Positions 36,589 through 46,853 of a DNA stretch of 64,000 nt are shown here, in pieces (positions within the stretch are counted from its first letter, which is position 1; each line of letters begins with the position of its first letter). The notes below the pieces were generated by a model. It was not told the origin of the DNA and did no database searches. It saw only the letters and a program-made list of their open reading frames with translations. A program made the translations under genes and the position numbers. Source of the stretch: Sphingobacteriaceae bacterium (GTDB lineage Bacteria; Bacteroidota; Bacteroidia; UBA7662); the NCBI GenBank assembly GCA_030682795.1, contig JAUXNJ010000008.1, forward strand, positions 18,753 through 82,752. Reading direction: 5' to 3'.

Positions 36589-38937
36589 TTAACGGTTAAA
36601 ACGGATGGTGGTGGAATAACGACTCGCATCGAAAGTTTTGCTCAAATCGGCTTCATGGTAGCCACCGCTCAGCCAATCGTACACTTGATCGCTGTAATGC
36701 GAGCTGTTGAAGCGGCCGCTTTGACCGCCGGTGAGCATCAAAGCCGCACGCGGACCTTCGGGGCGCAGCTCAATAATGGTGCGCATGCTGGCAGCGTGGG
36801 TAGAAGGCAAACGACTTGCCACATTCACAGTGCGATTGCTGCCATTAGAAGCAAAAAGCGGCATGGCCAAGGGCTGCAAACGCAAGAGGTGTTGGATGTT
36901 GGTTTGATGGAATTTGCCGTAGGTCCAGGCGGCAACATTTTTGCCAAAGCGCTCCTGGAGTTGGACCAGACTCGAATCCCAAGCCTCTTGCACCAATTGG
37001 GCGCTTGCTATCCAACCTTTGGCCAGCGGTAAGCTGTCGTCTAAGGCCACACTGTTAAAGATGTGTTGCTCCGATGGCGGCAACATCAAACTACCACCTA
37101 AATGCCGTCCAACGGTTTTTACCAAATTGATTTTGAAGTTGTAGAAGAGGGTGGGCGCTACCAAGGCTGTATCCATGCTGCCAGTCCAACCTTCAAAATG
37201 CGAAGCGTAGCCAGCAATTATCGGCTCCAAGCGCGGTATCAACAGCTCATATTCTACGTCAATAATGTCCATGTGCAAGGCAGCCAGGGCTTTGCGATCG
37301 AAAGCAGCGGTAGTTTCCATAACTGCTGTAATGCGTTTGCCACGGGCGGATGGCTCGTAACGCGTGCTGAGGTGTGCTGATAATGGGTGATTCACATGCT
37401 CCTGATTGGCGCTGTAAATGTATTCGCGAGCAGGATTAAAGCTGTTGAGGTGGTTGGTCATGCGCTGAAAAGGAATTTTCTGCTCCGACAATACCCCCCA
37501 GCGGATGCCTTTTTCGGGAAGCGGATGCAAACAAGCCAAGCCAGAGGTAGCCAAGCCGATTTGCCCTCTGCTATCGGCCAATATAAAGTTCTGCGGCGGC
37601 TGCTGAAAATGCTGCAGTGCGGCAAAAGCCTGTTGCACATTTTGGGCTTTTTCCAAGCCATCAAATGCGCGGGCCTCGTCGCTGGCTACCATGCCAATCC
37701 ATTGCACGGCGAGGTAGCGGTTGCTGGCGGTATCAACCGGACCAAAATACGAGCGGTAATAGGTTTTTACGTGGTCGGCCTGGCCTTTTACGGGGATACG
37801 CACTTCAAAAGCCTCCAAATCTTGCCATTTTCCATCCAATTGGTACTGCGTGCCCGCCTCGTTTACTTCAAGCTGGTAAAAATCTACCAAATCCCAAGTG
37901 GCATTGGTCATGCCCCAGGCGAGGCTATCGTTAAAACCGGTAATGACGAAGGGCGAGCCGGCGATGCTAAAGCCTCTGCTGATGCGGCCGTTTACCGACT
38001 TATGCACCTCGTACCAGGTAGAAGGGAAAGCCAGTTGCAAATGGGTATCGTTGCATAAAAAGGGATTACCGGTGGCCGATTTACTGCCTTGCACCGCCCA
38101 GTTGTTGCTACCCAAACTCAGCTCGTCGTTGTTTTTCACGTAGGCGAGGGGGTAGTTGTGTGGACCGTCGGACACCAATTGCTCGGTAACCTTGGGTAAA
38201 AGTGCCGCCATCAGGCTGTCGCTCATGTTAAAATCGGGGTAGATGGGATGCGGCAGGCGGTTAAAAGCTGGGTACCAAAAATCGAACAGGGGTTTGCCGA
38301 TTTGTGCTTTTATTTCGCTGGCTTTGAGGTCGTCTTCTGAATAGGTAAGCACATGGCTCATGTATCGCAGCAGGTAAAACATATTTTCGGCCTTCCAGTC
38401 CATAGGGTCGATGCCCAGCAAATGGTATTCGAGCGGCAAAGCACCAAAAGGCATGCGCGCTTTGTAAGCATTTACCCCTGCGGCGTAGGCTTCCATGCGG
38501 GAAGTAATTTGCGGCATGCTGTCGGCGAGCCCGGCGTACCAAATGGGGGCTAAGCTATCAAATTCGAACTTGCGCCAAAACAAATCGCTGTTAAGCGCAG
38601 CAGCTCCGGCCACTTCGCTCACCCTGCCTGTTACCACGCGCACAATCATCTCCATTTGAAACAAGCGGTCGCGGGCATGCACAAAACCAGTGGCAAAATC
38701 TACCGCTGCTTCGTCTTCTCCAAAAATATGCGGCACCCCGAGTGCATCATAGCCAATTTCAACCTCTCCATAAGGTGTTTTACGGAGCTCGGTGCTGTTA
38801 TCAAAGCGACTATCGACTTGTAAAGGGGAAGTAGCATAGCTAAAAAAGCGCGCCAATAACGGTAAATCACCCCAGCGTTGTTGCACGGCCCACAACCAAG
38901 TAATGGTTACGGCCAGTAGAAGTATTTTTTTAATCAT
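36589..38937 (-). CDS. penicillin-acylase-family Ntn hydrolase (PvdQ/AHL-acylase-like)
   Basis: Signal peptide MIKKILLLAVTITWLWA. The nucleophile motif GSNNWAV marks the beta-subunit N-terminal Ser. About 780 aa mature. Confidence 0.8.
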   Translation of the reverse strand: MIKKILLLAVTITWLWAVQQRWGDLPLLARFFSYATSPLQVDSRFDNSTELRKTPYGEVEIGYDALGVPHIFGEDEAAVDFATGFVHARDRLFQMEMIVRVVTGRVSEVAGAAALNSDLFWRKFEFDSLAPIWYAGLADSMPQITSRMEAYAAGVNAYKARMPFGALPLEYHLLGIDPMDWKAENMFYLLRYMSHVLTYSEDDLKASEIKAQIGKPLFDFWYPAFNRLPHPIYPDFNMSDSLMAALLPKVTEQLVSDGPHNYPLAYVKNNDELSLGSNNWAVQGSKSATGNPFLCNDTHLQLAFPSTWYEVHKSVNGRISRGFSIAGSPFVITGFNDSLAWGMTNATWDLVDFYQLEVNEAGTQYQLDGKWQDLEAFEVRIPVKGQADHVKTYYRSYFGPVDTASNRYLAVQWIGMVASDEARAFDGLEKAQNVQQAFAALQHFQQPPQNFILADSRGQIGLATSGLACLHPLPEKGIRWGVLSEQKIPFQRMTNHLNSFNPAREYIYSANQEHVNHPLSAHLSTRYEPSARGKRITAVMETTAAFDRKALAALHMDIIDVEYELLIPRLEPIIAGYASHFEGWTGSMDTALVAPTLFYNFKINLVKTVGRHLGGSLMLPPSEQHIFNSVALDDSLPLAKGWIASAQLVQEAWDSSLVQLQERFGKNVAAWTYGKFHQTNIQHLLRLQPLAMPLFASNGSNRTVNVASRLPSTHAASMRTIIELRPEGPRAALMLTGGQSGRFNSSHYSDQVYDWLSGGYHEADLSKTFDASRYSTTIRFNR

Positions 38938-39097
38938 AAAGTATGACAGCTTGTACGAATTAAGGCATTTATCGCGACAAGCTAAAATTTTGGCGGTTAA
39001 TTTTAAAATGCCAGTGAATTTGTAATTTAAAATGACGCATATGTGCCAGCTATGTAGCATATTCGCTAATATTGACACCTGAACCTGTTTACACATC

Positions 39098-41878
39098 ATG
39101 AATCCGCGCTATAAGTCATTGTTCATACTGCTGCTTTGTTTGCTCAGCGCTCCGGCTGCCTGGGCACAAAACGTAATCACGGGGCAAGTCCGCGACAAAG
39201 TCACCAATGAAACCCTCATAGGGGCTTCTGTAGTTATCAAAGGCACCACCATTGGCACCACCACCGATGTAAATGGTAAATTTAACCTTCAACACAATCG
39301 GCCTTTTCCGCTCACTTTGGTGGTGTCGTACATTGGCTATTTGCCTGAAAACGTACAAGTTCCTTCGGCTGAAAAAGCGCTTACGATTAAATTGGGCCAA
39401 GACAATGTGATGTTGCAAAGTGTGGAAGTGGTTGACAGCCGCATCACCGAAAAACAGCGCGAATCGGCCCTCACGGTAGAGGCCATGGACGCCTTGGCCA
39501 TCAAAGAAACTCCAGCGCCTTCCTTTTACCAGGGCTTGGGCAATTTAAAGGGGGTGGATATGACCACGGCCAGTTTGGGCTTTGTGGTAATTAACACCCG
39601 GGGTTTTAACAGCACTTCGCCGGTGCGTTCGTTGCAGCTGATTGATGGGGTAGACAACCAATCGCCTGGCCTCAACTTTTCGCTGGGCAACTTTTTGGGC
39701 GCCTCCGAGTTGGATGTGCTCAAGGTAGACCTGATTGTGGGTGCCAGTTCGGCTTTTTATGGGCCGAATGCCTTCAACGGGGTAATTAACATGACCACCA
39801 AGAGTCCTTTTACCCACCAAGGCCTCTCCGCCAGCATGAAAGCTGGGGAGCGCGCCTTGTTTGAAACGGCTTTTCGGTATGCGGAGGCTTACAAAGACAA
39901 AAAGGGCAACGACAAATACGCCTGGAAAATCAATATGTTCTACCTCCGTGCCAACGATTGGGAGGCTACCAATATGGATCCTTCATCTAGTTCAAGAGTT
40001 GGAGCTGACAACCCCGGAGGCTACGATGCCGTTAATCGTTATGGAGATGAGGATGAATCTGGTGGCAATGACTTCAGCAACCCTTTCAGTGCGCGTAGTT
40101 ACCCTGGTCTGGGGATTTTTCACCGTACCGGTTATGAAGAGCGCGATTTAGTAGATTATGACACCCGCAATTTAAAGCTGAATGCTGCTTTTCATTATAT
40201 GCTCAATTCCAAGGTAGAGCTCATTGCAGCCTCTAATTTTGGTACGGGCACAACTGTTTACCAAGGCGAAAACCGCTTCAGTTTGCGCGATATTCTCTTC
40301 TTCCAGAATAGGGTTGAGGTAAGAAAGAAAGATGACTGGTTTATTCGTGCCTATGCCACTAATGAAGATGCGGGCAGGTCTTATGACGCTGTTTTTACAG
40401 CTTTTCGTTTGCAAGATGCGGCAAAGCCTAACAATGATTGGAACAGGAATTATTCGACTTACTGGAATCAGATTGTACGACCTCGGGTATATGCTTTACC
40501 TGGTATGCCAGGGCAGTTTTCACCGAATTACAGTCAATCACAAGCCGATTCGGTGTTGATGGCTAATGCAGATTTGATTCGGCTGTGGCACCAGGAAACG
40601 CGCCGGAATGTAGACCAAAATGTGACTGGGAATCAGCAACCATTTTTTGAGCCAGGTACGGCACGTTTCGATTCTGCTTTCAACGCCATCACCTCTCGTT
40701 TGCCAAGTGAAGGAGGTACCATGTTTTTCGATAAATCGGCCTTATACCATGCCCAAGCGGAGAAAAGTTTTAAATGGGAAGAGCAAAAGTTGGTTTGGAT
40801 AATCGGAGGAAATTTTCGTCAATACAGACCGAACAGCGCAGGAAGCATATTCAGCGATACGTTACAAGCTGACTCGACCTACCGGGTAATTACTAACAGT
40901 GAGGTTGGCTTTTACAGCGGCGTTGAGAAGAAAATGGGGGATTTTAAAGCGAATATCACGATGCGGATGGATAAAAATCAAAATTTCCCATTTGTATTTT
41001 CTCCCGCCGCTTCCATTGTATATGCGCCTTCAGAGAAGCATGTGTATCGTGTATCCCTTTCTTCAGCGGTGCGAAACCCAACCCTGGCCGATCAGTATTT
41101 GTATTACAACGTTGGTCGGGCCATTCTCTTAGGTAACCTTTCCGGCTTTGATTCTTTGGTAACGGTTCCAAGCTTTGTGGATTATCTCGACTCCCTTAAC
41201 ACGAATAGGTTACAATATTTTAACGTTGCCCCTATACGTCCCGAACAAGTACGTACCATTGAGTTTGGCTACCGTACCATGCTTAAAAAGCTCTACATTG
41301 ATGCGGGTTATTATTACAGCTGGTACCAGTATTTCATCGGTTTCAACTTAGGATTAGATGTGAACATTAGTAGTTTTGGTTTGCCTAGTTCTGTTCAAGC
41401 CTATCGTGTTGCCGCGAATGCCACTGATATAGTAACAACGCAAGGGTTTTCTATTGGAGGTAATTATTATTACGACCGAAATTTCGCTTTCAATTTTAAT
41501 TATTCATGGAATAGGTTGAATGTAACCAATAGAGAGGACCAAATTATCGCAGCTTTTAATACCCCGGAAAACAAATTCAACATCGGTATTAGTGGTAAAG
41601 AGTTGATAGCTAAAATCGGTGGTTTGAGCATCGTAGATTGGGGCTTCAATATCAATTACAAATGGATTCAGGGCTTTACCTTCGAGGGTTCCCCGCAATT
41701 CACCGGATTTATTCCATCTTATGATTTAGTGGATGCGCAAATCAATAAAAATATCCCCGCTTGGAAGATGAATATCAAACTAGGGGCGTCTAACCTTCTG
41801 AATAAAAAAGTATTTCAGGTGTATGGTGGTCCCCGTGTTGGTAGATTAGCTTATATTTCGTTAAATTTGAATTTATAA
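39098..41878 (+). CDS. TonB-dependent receptor with N-terminal carboxypeptidase-regulatory-like domain
   Basis: Signal peptide, VITGQVRDKVTNETLIGASVVIKGTTIGTTTDVNGKF (CarbopepD_reg), plug and barrel. It ends in a C-terminal aromatic residue. Confidence 0.85.
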   Translation: MNPRYKSLFILLLCLLSAPAAWAQNVITGQVRDKVTNETLIGASVVIKGTTIGTTTDVNGKFNLQHNRPFPLTLVVSYIGYLPENVQVPSAEKALTIKLGQDNVMLQSVEVVDSRITEKQRESALTVEAMDALAIKETPAPSFYQGLGNLKGVDMTTASLGFVVINTRGFNSTSPVRSLQLIDGVDNQSPGLNFSLGNFLGASELDVLKVDLIVGASSAFYGPNAFNGVINMTTKSPFTHQGLSASMKAGERALFETAFRYAEAYKDKKGNDKYAWKINMFYLRANDWEATNMDPSSSSRVGADNPGGYDAVNRYGDEDESGGNDFSNPFSARSYPGLGIFHRTGYEERDLVDYDTRNLKLNAAFHYMLNSKVELIAASNFGTGTTVYQGENRFSLRDILFFQNRVEVRKKDDWFIRAYATNEDAGRSYDAVFTAFRLQDAAKPNNDWNRNYSTYWNQIVRPRVYALPGMPGQFSPNYSQSQADSVLMANADLIRLWHQETRRNVDQNVTGNQQPFFEPGTARFDSAFNAITSRLPSEGGTMFFDKSALYHAQAEKSFKWEEQKLVWIIGGNFRQYRPNSAGSIFSDTLQADSTYRVITNSEVGFYSGVEKKMGDFKANITMRMDKNQNFPFVFSPAASIVYAPSEKHVYRVSLSSAVRNPTLADQYLYYNVGRAILLGNLSGFDSLVTVPSFVDYLDSLNTNRLQYFNVAPIRPEQVRTIEFGYRTMLKKLYIDAGYYYSWYQYFIGFNLGLDVNISSFGLPSSVQAYRVAANATDIVTTQGFSIGGNYYYDRNFAFNFNYSWNRLNVTNREDQIIAAFNTPENKFNIGISGKELIAKIGGLSIVDWGFNINYKWIQGFTFEGSPQFTGFIPSYDLVDAQINKNIPAWKMNIKLGASNLLNKKVFQVYGGPRVGRLAYISLNLNL

Positions 41879-41898
41879 TCCCTTAAAAACTTGAATGT

Positions 41899-43515
41899 AT
41901 GAGAACAAAACTACTCTTATTATCGCTGGTGCTAGGCGCAACCGCCTTCAGTAGCAGCTATGCGCAACAGCGTTACTTATCGGAGGTATTTACCGATGCG
42001 CAGATCACAGTAACAAACAACGTGGTGTATGCTAGAAACCACCAGTTTTTTCCGCCAACCACCACTTTTCCGGTTGATAGCCTTAAGATGCGTGTTTATC
42101 AGCCGTCACAAACTGCTGATGCCAACACGGCCCGCCCGATCATGATATACATCCATACTGGTAACTTCTTGCCGCCCATCATCAATGGTGGTATCGGTGG
42201 ATCAATCAATGACTCTGCCGCTGTAAATCTTTGCCGTCAGTGGGCCAAGCGTGGCTACGTAGTTTTGGCGCCTTCTTACCGTCTTGGTTGGAACCCATTG
42301 GCTACCTCTGAGCTCGAGCGTCGTGTTCAGTTGCTGAATGCAGTATATCGTGCCATCAATGACATCAAAGCATCGGTACGTTACATTCGCAAGACTGCTG
42401 ACGTAGACGGCAACCCATTTAAAGTAGACCCTACCAAGATCGTATTGTACGGTCAAGGTTCTGGTGGTTATGTGGCTTTGGCATATGCAACCTTGGATAA
42501 GTTTTCTGAGATGGCCATTCCTGGTAAATTTACTTTGCCTAATGGCGCTTCAATGATCGATACCAACATCGTAGGTAACATTGCTGGTTTTGGTGGTCAA
42601 TTGAACATCAACAACTGGCCTGGTTACAGCTCATCTGTGAGCTTGTGTATCAATGCAGGTGGTGCTTTGGCCGACAGCAGTTGGTTAGAGGCTGGAGATG
42701 TGCCTATGATTTCCTTCCATGCTGTACGCGATCCATTTGCGCCATACGGTAATGGTACTGTAATTGTGCCTACCACCAACGAAAACGTAGTAGACGTTAG
42801 TGGAGCTGGTGTATTTATTGCTAAAGCTAACGCCCTAGGTAATCAGGTGAACTTGGATGCAGCATTGTTTACTGATCCAATCAGTGCAGCTGCTCGCAGT
42901 TGGTACAACCAAACCATCGACTATATCTACCCAGCACCATTTAATACCATTAATGTTGGTGGCGGTGAAGGTTTATTCCCAATTGTTCGTCCGATTCGTA
43001 ACCAAATTAGTGTATTTGCCAACGAAGGTGATCCATGGACATGGTGGGATTCAACTACCCTCACTTTGGTGGTAGCTGGCACAAATGCACAAACCGGTGG
43101 TAATTACAATGCACAGCAATTGCATGCACAAGGTTTAGCTGGTAACCCAGGTATGGGTCGTACGAAGGGCTTGACCTTCATCGACACCATTCAGCGCTAC
43201 ATCCACCCACGTATTGTAAACGTTCTTGGCTTGCCAGGTAACAACGTGAGCGTACAGGAAGTGGCCCGCGAGCAAGTACGTGTTAATGTTTACCCGAACC
43301 CTGCAACTGAATATCTTACCATCCGTGCTTTGGGCGAAAACGATCGCATCCGCAGCATCGAAGTAATTGATGTAATTGGCAAGCGAGTACGTGTTGAAAA
43401 CAACATCCTTGAAAGCAGCTACAGCCTCAACCGTGAGAGCCTGCCTGCAGGAATGTATTTCATTCGCGTTACAACCGAAAAAGGACAAGCTACCCACAAG
43501 GTTACTTTCCGATAA
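41899..43515 (+). CDS. secreted alpha/beta-hydrolase-like protein with T9SS type-A C-terminal sorting domain
   Basis: Signal peptide. The C-terminus VNVYPNPATEYLTI...GMYFIRVTTEKGQATHKVTFR is a Por_Secre_tail-type domain. Confidence 0.7.
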   Translation: MRTKLLLLSLVLGATAFSSSYAQQRYLSEVFTDAQITVTNNVVYARNHQFFPPTTTFPVDSLKMRVYQPSQTADANTARPIMIYIHTGNFLPPIINGGIGGSINDSAAVNLCRQWAKRGYVVLAPSYRLGWNPLATSELERRVQLLNAVYRAINDIKASVRYIRKTADVDGNPFKVDPTKIVLYGQGSGGYVALAYATLDKFSEMAIPGKFTLPNGASMIDTNIVGNIAGFGGQLNINNWPGYSSSVSLCINAGGALADSSWLEAGDVPMISFHAVRDPFAPYGNGTVIVPTTNENVVDVSGAGVFIAKANALGNQVNLDAALFTDPISAAARSWYNQTIDYIYPAPFNTINVGGGEGLFPIVRPIRNQISVFANEGDPWTWWDSTTLTLVVAGTNAQTGGNYNAQQLHAQGLAGNPGMGRTKGLTFIDTIQRYIHPRIVNVLGLPGNNVSVQEVAREQVRVNVYPNPATEYLTIRALGENDRIRSIEVIDVIGKRVRVENNILESSYSLNRESLPAGMYFIRVTTEKGQATHKVTFR

Positions 43516-43537
43516 TCGACTTAAAACAGCATTTAGA

Positions 43538-43575
43538 AACCCGGGGTTAACGCTCCGGGTTTTTTGTTTTTCGAG
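43538..43575. terminator. bidirectional rho-independent terminator between convergent genes
   Basis: ACCCGGGG-ttaacg-CTCCGGGT hairpin followed by TTTTTGTTTTT on the + strand. Confidence 0.6.
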
Positions 43576-43639
43576 CTTATGAAATACTTTGCAAGGTGAG
43601 AAATAGACTGTGTTAAAGGAAAGCTCAACTAGGAAGCAT

Positions 43640-45142
43640 TTATGCCAGCTCTTGGTTCTCCAACAAGGGAATGTCACATATCCGGCATACTTCACATTTT
43701 GTTCTGTTAATCCAATGACTTCGCGCGTTATGCTTCGAAAGCTTTCCTTGGGTTAACTTTTTTTGAATCAGTAAATGGGCAAGATGCTGGTTTTGCAAAT
43801 AGTAATTCAAACTCCTGATGGGCGAACGCTTGATGTTGGACTTCGCGGTAGGGTAGCGCGTTAACAAACTAAACACCACAATGTCGAGATTGTACTCAAC
43901 TGCTTCTTCTTTGTGGATGTACACCTCACAGCCATAACCAATGGTCAATACATCTCCTCCCCAGGTGTGCTGCAGCGACCAAAGCAAAGCATCGATCGAA
44001 GCGTGGACGGTTAGCCAGGCATTTGGGTTGCCTACCGATTCAACAGCAATACGCAGATCTCCGGCAACATCTACATTAACTTGAATTAATTGGTTGGAGT
44101 TTGCGGGATGGATGTCGAAACTATAGCCACCTGCTATCCCTTTCATGAAAGACGCACGTTTGGGTAACCAATGGCTCAGCAGTTCGATGTAGGTGCGAAG
44201 GTCTTGCTCGGAGCACTTAGGCTGGCGGTTCGCTTGTTCAATTTCAGCAGTGAAGGTTTGGTCAATGAGGTGCGTCAACGAATGCTGCTCATCTTTTAAA
44301 TCATGATAAGGCGAGCTGTGAACAATGGCTCCCTGTTCTATCACATCACCCGGATAAGTCACTAAATAGTTGATTTTGGACTGCGGATTCACATATTTTC
44401 TGGCATAGGTTTGAAGCTGCTCCCGCGGAAAGCGCACTTCGTTGATCCAACGATGTTCGTTTTTAAGCAGCACAAAACCCGCTACCGATGGTAAAGCATA
44501 CTGGGGTTGAAAAATCTCCATCATTTCGCAAAAACGATGCGACAACAATTGCTCTCTCACTGCTCCGATTTCGATATCGTTTTTGGCTGGGTGATGAACC
44601 AAATTTGGGAATGTGCCAGCGCCACCATGACCACAAAACAGGTAGTTTATGGTCGGCCATTTTTTGGCAATGAGCTGAGCAAAATGCTTCACTGGTCCCA
44701 TGTCATGCGTACTGAGGGCATCATTGAGATTCACCAAAACCTCTTCACCACATTGTACTACTACAATACTGTCCAGCCCAATCGTATAAAAACAAACTTT
44801 CACATCCTTGCTTAGCTGTAAGGTTTTCCCGCTACGAACTTCTTGAATGTCGCTAAATCCAAGTTGAGTGGCGAATGGCACCACACTCTCGTACCAGAGG
44901 TAGGGATATAGCAGCGGAATGTCTTTGCGGAGCCGCTGTGTGCTTTCGGGATGCAAGTGGTCTTCATGTCCGTGGGTGGCAATCAGATGCGTAACCCGGT
45001 CTAAAATGCTGAGATCAACCGGCTTGGGAAACAAATGCCAATGCCCCATATAAGCGGAGCCCATAAACCACGGATCTATAACTAAACAAACCGTGCCATG
45101 TTCTATCACCAGGCAGGAGTTGGAGATGTAGGTTATTTTCAT
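43640..45142 (-). CDS. MBL-fold metallo-hydrolase with ~270-aa uncharacterised C-terminal extension
   Basis: HxHxDH motif (ATHGHEDHLH) in the N-terminal 230 aa. The C-terminal region has no family I recognise and ends with CEVCRICD. Confidence 0.65.
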   Translation of the reverse strand: MKITYISNSCLVIEHGTVCLVIDPWFMGSAYMGHWHLFPKPVDLSILDRVTHLIATHGHEDHLHPESTQRLRKDIPLLYPYLWYESVVPFATQLGFSDIQEVRSGKTLQLSKDVKVCFYTIGLDSIVVVQCGEEVLVNLNDALSTHDMGPVKHFAQLIAKKWPTINYLFCGHGGAGTFPNLVHHPAKNDIEIGAVREQLLSHRFCEMMEIFQPQYALPSVAGFVLLKNEHRWINEVRFPREQLQTYARKYVNPQSKINYLVTYPGDVIEQGAIVHSSPYHDLKDEQHSLTHLIDQTFTAEIEQANRQPKCSEQDLRTYIELLSHWLPKRASFMKGIAGGYSFDIHPANSNQLIQVNVDVAGDLRIAVESVGNPNAWLTVHASIDALLWSLQHTWGGDVLTIGYGCEVYIHKEEAVEYNLDIVVFSLLTRYPTAKSNIKRSPIRSLNYYLQNQHLAHLLIQKKLTQGKLSKHNARSHWINRTKCEVCRICDIPLLENQELA

Positions 45143-45319
45143 CTTGCTGTAAGATAAAAAAATACAGTAAAAGTGAAATGTTAGAGACTACAATGTCAAT
45201 GATTTCGGCTTTAATTAGCTTAGAAGCTCTAAATTTTACTGCTACGGCTTAATCATTCAAAATTTACTGAATAAGGGTTGGCCATTTTTGTATCTAGAAT
45301 TAAAGGGGCTAATTTGAAT

Positions 45320-45350
45320 AAAAAAAGGGGACGCTCCTGGCATCCCCTTT
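45320..45350 (-). terminator. terminator downstream of metK
   Basis: GGGGA..TCCCC hairpin flanked by A-run and T-run (45321-45350). It reads as hairpin plus U-run on the minus strand. Confidence 0.5.
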
Positions 45351-45370
45351 TTCATATTCAGTTGTTCGAC

Positions 45371-46669
45371 TTATAAACCAAAAGCCTTCTTCACTGGCTC
45401 TACCATGTCGAGCTTCTCCCAGGTGAAGAGCTCCACTTTTACGGTTTTGCTGTCGGAAGGACGGGTGCCCCAGCTGATGGTTTTTTCAACCACTTGCGGC
45501 TCGCGACCCATGTGGCCATAAGCGGCAGTTTCGCTATAAATGGGGTTCAATAACTTGAGGCGCTGGATGAGCATGCCTGGACGCATATCGAACAAACCTG
45601 CGATTTTTTCAGCAATGATACTGTCGTTGAGCTTGCGGCCCTCAGCATCTTTCACTTTAGCGGTGCCATAGGTGTTTACATACAAGCCCACCGGCTCGGC
45701 CACACCAATGGCGTAGGCCACTTGCACCAATACTTGCTCAGCAACACCCGCCGCTACCAGGTTTTTGGCAATGTGACGGGTAGCGTAGGCCGCAGAACGG
45801 TCAACTTTTGATGGATCCTTGCCCGAAAAGGCACCACCACCATGCGCACCCTTGCCACCATAAGTGTCTACAATGATTTTACGGCCAGTTAAGCCGGTAT
45901 CGCCGTGTGGACCGCCAATTACAAAGTTGCCGGTTGGGTTGATGTGGAATTTGATGGCCTCGGTGAACAAGCGCTTTACACGTACAGGCACCAATTTTTT
46001 GATGCGTGGCAGCAAATATTTATGGATATCGGCTGTAATGCGGTCTTGCATGGCCTTTTGGTCGGCCTTGTCGTTGCCCGTCTTCACAAAATCGTCGTGC
46101 TGGGTGCTGATTACAATCGCATCAATCGCCTCAGGACGGTGTTTTTCGCTGTAACGAATGGTTACCTGGCTCTTGGCGTCTGGGCGGAGGTATTTCATTA
46201 CCTTGCCTTCTTTGCGGATGGCCGCCAATTCGCGAAGTAATAAGTGGCTCAACTCCAAAGCCAAGGGCATATAGGTGTCGGTTTCGTTGGTAGCATAGCC
46301 AAACATCATGCCCTGGTCGCCAGCGCCTTGCTCTTCGGGCTTGGCCTTTTCAACGCCTTGGTTGATGTCGGGCGACTGCTCGTGAATGGCTGAAATCACA
46401 CCACAGCTGTCGGCGTCGAACATGTACTCCGACTTGGTATAACCGATTTTGCGGATGGTTTCGCGGGCAATTTTTTGCACGTCGATGTAGCCTTCGGTCT
46501 TTACTTCACCGCTTAAAACGGCCAAACCGGTGGTTACAAGCGTTTCGCAGGCTACTTTTGAATTGGGGTCTTGTGCCAAAAAGGCATCAACCAAGGCGTC
46601 AGAAATTTGGTCTGATACTTTGTCGGGATGGCCTTCTGAAACAGACTCGGAGGTAAAAAAATACGACAT
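45371..46669 (-). CDS. metK: S-adenosylmethionine synthetase
   Basis: [25 protein letters not shown] and [19 protein letters not shown] are invariant MetK blocks. Confidence 0.9.
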   Translation of the reverse strand: MSYFFTSESVSEGHPDKVSDQISDALVDAFLAQDPNSKVACETLVTTGLAVLSGEVKTEGYIDVQKIARETIRKIGYTKSEYMFDADSCGVISAIHEQSPDINQGVEKAKPEEQGAGDQGMMFGYATNETDTYMPLALELSHLLLRELAAIRKEGKVMKYLRPDAKSQVTIRYSEKHRPEAIDAIVISTQHDDFVKTGNDKADQKAMQDRITADIHKYLLPRIKKLVPVRVKRLFTEAIKFHINPTGNFVIGGPHGDTGLTGRKIIVDTYGGKGAHGGGAFSGKDPSKVDRSAAYATRHIAKNLVAAGVAEQVLVQVAYAIGVAEPVGLYVNTYGTAKVKDAEGRKLNDSIIAEKIAGLFDMRPGMLIQRLKLLNPIYSETAAYGHMGREPQVVEKTISWGTRPSDSKTVKVELFTWEKLDMVEPVKKAFGL

Positions 46670-46853
46670 GATTCGTCAGTTTTTAAAATGTTAAACAGAA
46701 ACTGACCGCATCGAAAAGTGCCGCTGGCTTAGCAAGAAGTCTTTAGCACTTTTTTTTACGTGGTTGCAATCGATACAAATCAGTCCACAGCGGCACAAAG
46801 AAAGCAATTTAGCTTTACTTTTCAAAGCTGTTATTGGGCTATTTCTCCGCTTT
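46670..46853 (-). promoter_or_regulatory. structured 5' leader of metK (candidate riboswitch/attenuator)
   Basis: A 184-nt leader with a 9-bp long-range stem GUGCCGCUG/CAGCGGCAC followed by UUUU. The internal elements GCAACC and GUGCUAAAG are present. A second hairpin ACUGAC/GUCAGU abuts the start codon. Confidence 0.4.

Noticed and set aside
43135-43695. 186-aa ORF spanning the convergent gene ends and terminator
   Set aside because: It is antisense to the T9SS hydrolase gene's CTD, runs through the intrinsic terminator, and has no signal or motif. It is spurious.
46670-46853. SAM-I riboswitch assignment for the metK leader
   Set aside because: GCAACC and GUGCUAAAG strings are present, but the GGAGGGA/GGCCC core is absent or about 70 nt too far from GCAACC, and no P1 UCUUAUC/GAUAAGA pairing exists. 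The region is kept only as an unclassified structured leader.
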